Positions 54,592 to 64,000 of a stretch of 64,000 bases of DNA are shown here, in pieces (the stretch's first letter is position 1; each line of letters opens with the position of its first letter). A model generated the notes under the pieces. The model worked only from the letters and a program-made list of their open reading frames with translations, made no database searches and was not told where the DNA came from. Source of the DNA: Camelus ferus (Eukaryota); assembly GCF_009834535.1 (NCBI RefSeq), contig NC_045696.1:106208001-106272000 (forward strand). The letters run 5' to 3'. A program made the translations under genes and the position numbers.

Positions 54592-54695
54592 TTGTCGACG
54601 TCTATCAAGGCTGGTGTGGCCCCTGCAAACCCGTGGCGAGCCTCTTCCAGAAGATGAGGATGGAAGCGGGCCTGGACCTCCTGCATTTTGCATTA
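54592..54695 (+). CDS. NME9: NME9 coding exon 3, thioredoxin active site WCGPC
   Basis: cacag|TT ... TTA|gtaaga; 104 nt encoding (V)VDVYQGWCGPCKPVASLFQKMRMEAGLDLLHFAL. WCGPC at 54612-54626. Confidence 0.96.
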
Positions 54696-55561
54696 GTAAG
54701 ATCCTCTCTCGGCAGAATGTCACACAACATTGTGAAAACATGGAAAATTTGAAAAACAGGAGCAGGAAGTTTGAGGGGCCCTTTTCAGATTAGTGAAAAG
54801 GCATCTGTTGTGGATTTTTGGCTGATATCAGTGTCTCCAGAGAGGAGGACTCCCCCAACCCCGCCTGGCCGGCAGTCACGTGGGTGGGGCTGCCTCCTGA
54901 TACTGTGGCTGGCGGGGGGCGGGGGGGGGGGTCCCGCCACTCTCAGGCAAGTGCCCCTTCCTGGCTCATGCACACTGGAAGCCCTGAAGTTTCACTGTCA
55001 GAGCACAGGGTTTATGATTTCCATCCTCTGCTCCCTCAAGGGGAACTTCTAGCAAATGTTAACTTGGGTCAATGCATGGAAACAGGAATGGATTCCAGAG
55101 AAACGTGTATGAGACCCTGGATGTGCTGCACGGGTCTGAGGTGCAGATTGGAGACGCAGGAATGTCCCTCACGCTGATTCTCCAAGAGCTGGGCTTCCAG
55201 GGCTGGCACTCCCTGGAGACGTGGTTTTGAGGCTTTCTTGGAGCGTGTGGAGGGGGTGCCTGGATAGGGAACCTCGTCCATGGGCAGAAGGGCCTTGTCA
55301 GACTTGGAGGCAGAGCTGCAGGACCTCACCTCTGTTGCTGCCACTCAGGGCAGATGTGGGATGTTAAAGGGGTGTGGGGGGACTCCTTCCATCTGGAGCA
55401 GGCAAAGCTGTCATTTCTTCCTGAGTTTATTCTTCAAAAAAGTACACTGGCAAACAGTTTTACCAATATGTTGACAGGACAGTTGTTAAGATTCTGATGA
55501 AAAGACATTAGAAGGAGCAGCATGAGAGTGAGCCAGGGCTCCGCCTGGGGAGGGCCATCAC

Positions 55562-55597
55562 TGTGTGTGTGTGTGTGTGTGCGCGCGCGCGCGCGCG
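55562..55597. repeat. (TG)10(CG)8 compound microsatellite
   Basis: Direct reading; ends ~70 nt upstream of the NME9 exon 4 acceptor. Confidence 0.95.
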
Positions 55598-55664
55598 GGC
55601 ACACGGGTGTTGTCCTTCATGGTTGTTCACCCTCCTGCCCCCGCTGACAGCTCGTTTTCTTTAG

Positions 55665-55736
55665 GCAGAAGCGGACTGTCTCGATGTCCTCGAAAAATAC
55701 CGTGGGAGGTGTGAGCCGACCTTTCTGTTTTATGCA
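55665..55736 (+). CDS. NME9: NME9 coding exon 4 (AEADCLDVLEKYRGRCEPTFLFYA)
   Basis: tttag|GCA ... GCA|gtaagt; 72 nt; contains the thioredoxin cis-Pro motif PTFLFY. Confidence 0.94.
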
Positions 55737-57397
55737 GTAAGTACATTTCAGATCCCTGGTAGCAGATCATGAGAGCTGGGATAGATGCGTCTTTCTGGCA
55801 TTAATTCTCACTGGCAGTCACCATGAGGCCTCACTCATCCACGACAGTACTGCATCTTCTCCTGGACTGTGATTTTGGTTGTGGACAGACGTCCTTAATC
55901 TTAGCAGTGTAGGTGGGACTGGGACTGGGACAGGCAGGGGCCCTGCCCATGGGCTGGCTGGGGTGGACGCCCAGCCCCTGGCGGTCGCTCTGGGCTCGGC
56001 CTTCCCAAGGACAGGACACAGGAAGGAGGAGGAGTCACTCAGATGTGTGGGTTCCTTCTGGCTCATGAACACTCCCGACTGAGGTCTGACTCTCAGAGCG
56101 CAGAGTGTGGAGATTCCCACCCTCAGCTCCATACAGGGGACCTTTCAGCAGATGTGAATACCCCTCGTGGGGCGGACGAGCTCTGCATTTACCTTTGCTC
56201 ATTGTAAACTGTGAAGATACGTTGACAGAAAGTCAGAAATGAGAGGGACGACTGCTGACAGCCCAGTGGTTCAGCGTTTGTAAGATCATCTGGATGCCTT
56301 TGGGTGTGACATCCATGCTGGGCTCCAGGCCCCTGAGAGTCCCCTGTCTCACACCTGGCTTCCTGGGCTTAGTCACTTGCCAGTCCCTGAAGACAGCTGA
56401 CCGCTGTTCTCCTCCTGACCCGGTCAAGCCCCTCATTGCACAGTCAGGGAAACTGGGGTCTGCCCACCTGGCCAGGGTGGTTTAGTTTTGCAACCTTCGG
56501 TCCCTCAGCTCTCAGATACGGCAAGTATCACAAATGAAGGTATATGTATAATATGAGTTTTGACATTCAGGAGGGAGACTGAAGTTCCATGATGAAAACT
56601 GGTGGGTATGGGGGAAGGTGGGAAGTGCTGAGATGAACGTGCTCCCAGCTGAACCAGCATCAGAGCTCAGTTGCGGAAAAGGGATCATGATGACAGCGGT
56701 TTGCTTCCTTGTGCCCGTGGTGGGTGGGACTGAAGCATAAAAACATAATCGGCCGTGTGGGAACACGTGGCAGTGCCTCAGTCACATAGTGGTGGTCCTT
56801 TCGGGGTGAGATGGGACTTTCGTGAGTGACAGGCATCCAGACTTCTGAAAAAGTGAAAGCGGGAAACTCAGGTTCACCAGGAACACCACCTCCACCGGGA
56901 AGTCTTCCCTGATCGCCCCAGATGGAGTTGGGAATTGATTCTTGCCCCAAATTCCAAATACCCCTATGAAAGCAACTGAGCTTATTCTACTGTAATTGTA
57001 TCTCTGACCTGACCACCTCTCTCCCCACTAGAACCCCCATTCACTGAGGGTGAGGACTCTGTCTTTCATGTGTAGTGTTTCTCTCTCTGCCTGTCCTGGT
57101 GTTTGGCATAGTAAGTGCTCAACTGATATTTGTTGAGCGAAGGAGCCATGGAGAGGCCGCCCTTAGTCACTCACAACCCAGTGGACCCTAGTCCTCCCGC
57201 AGCTAACTCCCTCCTGCCCTGAAGGAAGTGTTGAAGGGAGGGGCATGGGGTAGCAGGCAGGGAAGTGGATGAAGCTGTGGGCCTGGGGTCCAAGGAGGAC
57301 TCTGACCTTGGGGATGGTCCTAAGCAAACCTCTGGGACACTCTTGGACAGAGGCTGATACAGTGTCGTCTGTGCCAACCATCTGGGCTGTGTTCCAG

Positions 57398-57514
57398 GGA
57401 GGAGACCTGGTGGCGGTGGTTAGAGGAGCAGACGCCCCCCTGCTGCAGAAAACCATCCTTGACCAGCTGGAGGCAGAGAAGAGGGTGCTGGCCAGAGGCG
57501 GAGAGCGGAGGGTG
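57398..57514 (+). CDS. NME9: NME9 coding exon 5 (GGDLVAVVRGADAPLLQKTILDQLEAEKRVLARGGERRV)
   Basis: ttccag|GGA ... GTG|gtaagc; 117 nt; end of the thioredoxin fold. Confidence 0.94.
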
Positions 57515-58637
57515 GTAAGCAGAGCAGTCCTAGGGGCGGCCAGCTCACAAATGTTTCCTAGGCCAGGCCAGCAGGTCCCTCCCCTGCCCCACCAATTTCC
57601 TCACTGTCCACAGAAAGCTGCATTAAATGCCCACCCTGGCGGCGGGCCCCCTGAAGGCTGGCACTGCCCACTATGAAACCCCCTTTTAAGAAGTTGTCCC
57701 CTTCATCCAGGACACTCTAACATCTTTTATCCATTTCCCTTTCTTCCCCACTTTCTCTCTCAACAAGGGTTTCTGGAACCCTGACAATGAATTCAGAAAT
57801 GAAAATAGTTATGAATCCAGTAGCAGGGAGGAGGAGTCAGCCTCAGGGTGAAATCTCTCCTAGGGACCCGCCCTCCCCTCACATTCCCGAGTTTTACTTG
57901 TGATCCCAGGTTTCTTTAATTAGAAATTAAGCTCCGTCATTACCACGAGAAGTAGGATCAGCACTGCTTGTGACTTGGATAAATTACTTCCATGACAACA
58001 TGGACTGCAAGTTTTTCACAAATAAATCAGCAGCCTTTGAAAACTGACACACCTTAGGTAGAAAGAAGTATTTCCGGGTGCTCTGAGCACCTGCAAACAA
58101 ACCTTAACCCGTTCTATGTCCATTTCAATTCCAATTCATATTCAGTTCCAAATAGCAAAACTTTGTTTTTATAGAATAAGTTAGAACCAAATTATATTTT
58201 TCCCCAAGAAAACTGGCAATTTTTCCCCAAGAAAGAAAATCACAACACTTATGCCTCCTCCATAAATAAACGACCTCTCTCTTTCCTACCTCCCTGCACT
58301 GCACAGGCAATTGCTTAATAATAGCTTGCATTTCAATTCTTCCTTTGTCTTCTTGTTAACTCTCTATTTTGTCTTTTTCCCTGGTTTCTATGTGATGCTT
58401 GTGAAAATAGGCAGAATCTAAACCTTAAGATCAGCATGGATTCCCTTGCCTTCAAACACTCTCACCCCCCACCATCACCCAACAACTAAAAAGGATCTTG
58501 TCAAGTTTCCAGGACTTGACTCTCTTCTTTTGCTCTGCATTGGGGACCCCTACTTTTTGAGCTTCTGTCGGTTTTTGAAGGTCTTTGTGGAATTTCAATT
58601 AGCTGACACCTTTCTGTTCATGACTAATTTGTACTAG

Positions 58638-58713
58638 ATTAAAGATGAGGCTCTTTCTAATGAAGTTGAATGCTTTTCCCATGAAAAGGACGATGGTGAA
58701 GACGAGGACGTGG
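58638..58713 (+). CDS. NME9: NME9 coding exon 6, acidic linker (IKDEALSNEVECFSHEKDDGEDEDV+1 nt)
   Basis: Branch-like tgactaat, then actag|ATT ... GTGG|gtgagt; 76 nt, phase 0 to 1. Confidence 0.9.
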
Positions 58714-60935
58714 GTGAGTACAGAACCAACAAGCAAGGCAAACAGGCAATGTGGACTCAGATTTGATGTGTTTTTTAAAAAATATACGAGTCACCAGTTT
58801 ATTGAGCAGCCTGAACTCTGGGAAGATGACCCAAATGGTCTCCAGCCACCTGACTTCAAACATACGGTGTCAGGTCTTCCTCCTGCCCTGTAATAGCCTC
58901 TCAGGCACCTTTCACCGCTTTCTGACCAAGTTCAAATATGACATGTGACTTTCACGGCAATCGCCGGGCATCAGGAAAGACTCCCTTAATAAAATGGGAG
59001 AGGAGCAACATTACTAAGGGGGAGTGATGATGCTGGTGCTTCCTTAGTCCTTATTTGACGGAAAGAGTTTCTTCCACCTTTTTCTGTACTGAACACTTTC
59101 CCTCCCCACAGCCCTGCACCCTCGTCCCCGTATCCCCCAAGTATCAACCCATGGATTTCACACTCCTGGGCACCGCAGTTCTTCCTGAACCTTTAGTATG
59201 AGAAGAACACCTTGACCTGAGAGTGTGAAGAGAAGCCAGAAGTTACAGAGGCTGTTCTGTCAGGTGGTGCTCCCCCTGGTCACTGAGACACCGGGAAGCC
59301 AGGATTCCGTTTGGGAACCCAGCTGGAGAGAGAAGGAAGTTCTGCCTCCTGCCCAAAACAGGCCACTTATTCTCATGTGGTTGATGAGGGCTGGCGGAGC
59401 TGATTGTAACAAGGGAAGAGGCGATGTTTAGGAGACCAAGAAAAGTGTGAAAAGGAAATCAGCGATTTGGCTTCGTTTAATGCCTCCTTTGGAGATTATC
59501 TCTTCTTTCTTCCCTCCCCTGCCCCTGTTACTTCCTCCCAAATCAAGACTCAACTCCTAGAAACCTGTGCAAAAGTCTGCCACTCCCCTTAGCCTTCCTC
59601 ACCCCAGGGCCCTGGTCCTGAACCGGGCCCACAGTCCTGGGGCCGCCCTCACCCGGCCCCGGCCCACCCGCTGCGGTCCGGCCTCTGGGCCCCCTCCTCC
59701 CCCCACTGCTTCTCACCGGGGCTCCAGTGCCCAGATGGTGCCAACTCCTCCGGGCGGTTTCCAGTCATAGCCCACGGCATCCTTCTGCAGGCTTGGCTGC
59801 CCTCCGCAGCGTCTTCCTACTCAAAGCCCCCTCCTCGTTTGGTGTGGAGACGTCGCGACCTTTCTCGTTGTCCTCGTTTTCTCTGGCCTCCCCGCAGCCC
59901 CCTCTTCCTTGGCTTTTCTTTCCTTTCGCTCCTTTTCAGGCTGCGGCTCCGCTCTGGCCTCTTGCTCTCCACCTCCAGGTGCTCTGGTCAGTCAGTCAAT
60001 TTATAAGGGAACTCACTGTAAGAGCTCCTTAAAGTCCAAGTGTTCACAGGATGTTAGACATGGTGCTCACCCACACACACAAAATGAATAGACTGGTGGC
60101 TTAAAATGATTCATACCTTTGCAGTCCACATTCTTAGATTTCCACAGTAGGATGCAGAGACTGGCAGGTTTCGTGTAAAAGTTGAGGAAATAGGCCACGG
60201 GGGATGCAGTCTGTGGAGCGCGCAGGCAGCTCACCAAGGCCGGGCCGGGACAAACCGGCGTCGCAGAGGCGCCCACTGGGCATGCGCGGGGGCCTGCGCT
60301 CACGTGGCCCCTCCCGCCCCACCGCCGCTGGTCGGACCTGGGGTCGCTGAGTAGTGGGCTGGCCTGTGAGCTGTGTCTGGTGCCTGGGCGCCAGCTAGCT
60401 GGCCAATTCTCTGGAGAATTTGAACAACGCGAAGACTGAAGGTGCAGTTTAGTTGTGTGTGCTGCCTGGAGACATTGTTGGAAAGTAAAAAAGACGCCCT
60501 GGCAAAGGAGGCAGTGGAGTGAGAGGAGAACACAGTATAGACAGCACTTAGAGACCAAGAATCACTAGAAGGTGACAGGAAGGGTCAAGAGTGGCCCGGC
60601 CTGCGTTGCCTCTGCTCCAGCTCTTCCCGGCTCCAGGCTGACTTGGTTGTTTCTGGGGTTTTGTTCCTGAGTCATCTTTGATCTCCTCCTGCATCTCTCT
60701 CCCTCCCCACGCCATCCGCACACCCGGTCCGTGTCTCTTGCATGTCTCTGTCCCTTGCAGCCAGGTTGAGGTTGGGGTCTGGAGCCAGACCCCTGCATCC
60801 ACTAAAGTCCAGGTCTGCAGGAGCACAGCCAGGAGGCCGGGGGCTGTGTGCAGGGTGGCCAGGTCCCTGGGGAGGGCCTCCTGCGAGCCTCCTGTGAGCC
60901 CAGCATCTGACAGCACCATCCCCGGCTTGTTCCAG

Positions 60936-61019
60936 TTGCATCAGAGAAGGCCTGCACCTTGGCCATCATTAAACCAGACGCCGGTGGTGCATGGGAAGAC
61001 GGATGAGATTATCATGAAG
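60936..61019 (+). CDS. NME9: NME9 coding exon 7, start of NDP-kinase-like domain; carries an apparent +1 frameshift
   Basis: tccag|TT ... AAG|gtaaga; 84 nt, whereas a phase 1 to 0 exon needs 3n+2 (83). ASEKACTLAIIKPDA and VVHGKTDEIIMK are in different frames. Confidence 0.9.
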
Positions 61020-61315
61020 GTAAGAGAGAGGGCACTTACCTTATGGACCACCATCATGTCTTCCCTGGTGGAAACACGGGGTGGGGGGGCTCACATAGCT
61101 GGGTTGAGGGGAAGAGAAGGCTTTTAAGGAGTCTTAATTAAAATTCCATTTGACTAAATTAAACGTTTTAAATCTCATTGGGACAGATGTGATGAGGATG
61201 AGGGTCTCCACTGCTTTTCATGCTGCCTTTTCCAACATCTTTTACTTTCAACACATCGAAATGTGAATTTGGGCTTGCTTTACCCTTTCAGAGTATGTAT
61301 GTATATATTCTGCAG

Positions 61316-61408
61316 ATCCAGGAAGCCGGGTACGACATTTTAACAAACGAAGAGAGAACCATGACGGAAGAAGAAATGCGACTTTTCTACCAGCGCCGAG
61401 CTGGCGAG
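61316..61408 (+). CDS. NME9: NME9 coding exon 8 (IQEAGYDILTNEERTMTEEEMRLFYQRRAGE)
   Basis: tgcag|ATC ... GAG|gtcagc; 93 nt; NDK-like sequence. Confidence 0.92.
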
Positions 61409-62296
61409 GTCAGCTCCTTTGCTTCCAACACACTCTCACTTCTTTCTCTGTCTCCAACATTATGTTTACGGATTGATACTAGTCTGGGAGAAAATAAGAG
61501 TATAATGAAGTTCAAGAGTCTGAACAGTAGGTGGGCCGGGAACTTGCTCTCAGAATGATGACTCTAGGCTGTATCAGCTCAACGCTGTTTGGCAGCAAGG
61601 ATGAGATTCTGACTCTAACATAAGCAATGAAATAAGGAATTTATTGAAAGGAGACTCCGTGCCTCCCAGAACTGAAGAGAGTTGAAGGAGTTGCACGAGG
61701 AAGGTGTGGGGAGAAAACCGAGGTGGGGGTAGGGATCCCAGGGAGTCACTGCGGCTGCGGCCGCTGGGTGACTCAGATTCAGCCACATTCCATCTGCTTC
61801 TGCTTCTTACCCTCTGGGGAGGGAGGGTCTAGTTGACCTGGCTTGGGCCCCACCTCTCAGATGAGGGGGTATGTGTGGGGACGGGTGGATAGGCCTTGTG
61901 GCTGTCAGCCCGACAAGGACCAAGTGAAATGGGGAAGGGCTGCTCCCTGAAGGAAGCCTGAGTTCTCCTTGAAGAAGGAGGACAGGCTTCAAGGCACTGC
62001 CCCAAATAAGCCTCTACTGCATCCCACACACACATGACTCCCATGTATTTGGTCTTCTCAATGCCCCCACCTAATTTACTAATCTCATGTTCAACCCCAA
62101 ATGAGTGAACTCAAAGATTCATCTTTCTGCCTTTAACTTGTATCTAGGTTCTCTGGGTGTAGTTGGGCATCACTGCCCCAGCTCCCTGGAGCCCTCCACA
62201 GGCCTGCCGGCTGGTGACCATCCCCCATCCTGCGGGTGGGATGGGCCCGCTGACCCTCTGCAGGCCTGGGTCACTGTTTCCCCCTCCCTGTGCTAG

Positions 62297-62451
62297 GAGG
62301 CATTTGAGAAGTTGCTCCATTACATGTGCAGTGGACCGAGCCGCCTCCTGATCCTCACCAGGACTGAGGGTACCGAGGACGTGGTCACCGCCTGGCGAAC
62401 CCTCATGGGGCCCTGTGACCCCGATGTGGCCAGGAGGGAGCAGCCTGACAG
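62297..62451 (+). CDS. NME9: NME9 coding exon 9 (EAFEKLLHYMCSGPSRLLILTRTEGTEDVVTAWRTLMGPCDPDVARREQPD+2 nt)
   Basis: gctag|GAG ... AG|gtgatg; 155 nt; NDK motifs M-x-SGP and WR-x-LMGP-x-DP. Confidence 0.94.
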
Positions 62452-63754
62452 GTGATGTCACCAGCTGTGGTCCTTTTATCTATCTCAAAACCTGCATCCA
62501 AGGAAGCTGAGAGCCCTGCTCCAGGTTCAGCCCAGAGTCGTGGGTAACACAGGAGGCTCTTTGACAGCCACGGAGCTCCTTCTTTGTTATATGTGGGAGG
62601 AGTCCCTGACCTCTCTGTTAGGGATTTTAGGAGACCCTGACATCCTCCCCCTCTGATCCAGCCCCCAGCCCTTCACAGGGGCCTCCTTGTGGCCTCTCCC
62701 CCTCTTCTGAAGGCTGTGGCTGGATCCAGTCCTCACTGTTCTCTCTGCAGCCAGAGGATCCCGTAGCGTGGTCCCAGAGCCCCCTGCCACACTCATCCAG
62801 GAAGTGCAGATTCCCAGACTCCATACAGGCCTGCCAAGTCAGAGACTCTGGGTGGGGCCTAAGAATCTACATTGTAGACTGAACCCCCACCCCCATTTTC
62901 TACTCCCTGCCCAAGGTGTCCTGAGTCCCTGAGAGCCTGAGCACCCTGTTCTGTATACTGCACCGGGCTGCCTCGGTCTGCTCCCTGGCCCTGTGTGAAT
63001 ATTTAGCCTGGCACCACCAACGCCAAATCCACTGTGTCTTGCCCTTGAAGCTGAGAGAGGCCCAGCCAATGGGAAAGAAATTAGCAAGAGACTAAGTAAC
63101 TGCGGTTGTACCTTGTAGTTGTAGAGGGCCGGGAACACTCATGTACGAGGCAGCCTGGGCCAGTGAAAGATGGCCCAGGGTTCAGGTCTTAGGTTTTCTG
63201 AGCCTCACTAACTGTGACCTTGGGTCATCCATGCTTTAATCCCTCCGTGCCTCAATTTCCTCATCTGAAATATGGGAACTATAACAGGACATGCCTCATG
63301 TTAAGTATGTATATTTGAAGTACTTAGAATATTGACATGCAGGAAGTCCTAGCAATATTAATGTTATCTTAGGAGGTCTTGGGTGGGGGGATTAACTATG
63401 CCAACTTGTAGCGAGCCCTCGGCAGGATGCTAGCCAGCAACACAGTGGCAGCTCCTGGGCTTACACCATGACTCAGGCATATTTAAACTGGGGATCATGA
63501 CAGAGTCTCCCTGTGGCACAAATGAAGGGAGATCAGGTACGGGAGGCACTGGCAGGGTGCCCAGTATGCTGCCGTGGTGGAATAGATGCCAGTTCCTCTC
63601 GCCTTCACTGCTGTTCTCGGCATTTCCAACAGAGAGAAAGCCGTGTCACAGAAGTGTCAGCTGCTGATTGGGAGCTGGTGGCCGTGTTGCCCCAGAGCAG
63701 AAAATTTCTCTTCCAATGAAATAATTGTTTCTTGTTCATTTTGTCTGTTCCCAG

Positions 63755-63891
63755 TCTCCGGGCTCAGTATGGCACAGAAATGCCCTTTAATGCAGTCCAT
63801 GGAAGCCAGGACTCGGAAGATGCCCGCTGGGAACTGGCGCTGCTCTTCCCCAGTTTTAAGTTTTCACATGAGGTTCTGGAAGCCCCTCTGG
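63755..63891 (+). CDS. NME9: NME9 coding exon 10 (SLRAQYGTEMPFNAVHGSQDSEDARWELALLFPSFKFSHEVLEAPL+1 nt)
   Basis: cccag|T ... CTGG|gtgagt; 137 nt; NDK signature NAVHGS with the His codon at 63798-63800. The gene continues beyond the window. Confidence 0.94.
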
Positions 63892-64000
63892 GTGAGTCAT
63901 TAAGGCAGAGCTGCTCTTTATTAAATCTGCAGGGAGCACGTGGGGAGACTGATAACAACTATGTGGTAACCAAGTGCTCCATCTAATAAGGGCCTGCTGG

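Noticed and set aside
63789..63812. NAVHGSQD deviates from the canonical NDK NxxHGSD motif
   Set aside because: As I recall, NME9 orthologues share an HGSxD spacing, so it is not specific evidence of decay in this genome.

Overview
Mammalian genomic DNA containing two divergently transcribed genes. The tRNA-derived SINE family and L1 3' ends suggest a cetartiodactyl, probably a camelid (inference). MRAS is on the minus strand: a CpG-island promoter with non-coding first exon(s) at ~28.1-28.9 kb, a ~24.5 kb first intron, and the first coding exon at 3476-3668; the rest of the gene lies left of the window. NME9 (thioredoxin + NDP-kinase-like, TXNDC6) is on the plus strand: promoter at ~46.6-47.3 kb and ten coding exons from 47290 to 63891; the final exon(s) lie right of the window. 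The rest is mostly L1, LTR, DNA-transposon and SINE relics plus simple repeats. The strongest anomaly is an apparent +1 frameshift in NME9 coding exon 7 (near 60981), giving a premature TGA at 61004-61006. It is either a recent loss-of-function allele or an assembly error. Other points of note are a compact M-CAT/CArG-like/MEF2 module and a short uORF at MRAS, an RFX/forkhead/NF-Y ciliary-type promoter at NME9, a CTCF motif pair between the genes, and several local duplications. I found no evidence for a wholly new gene system.
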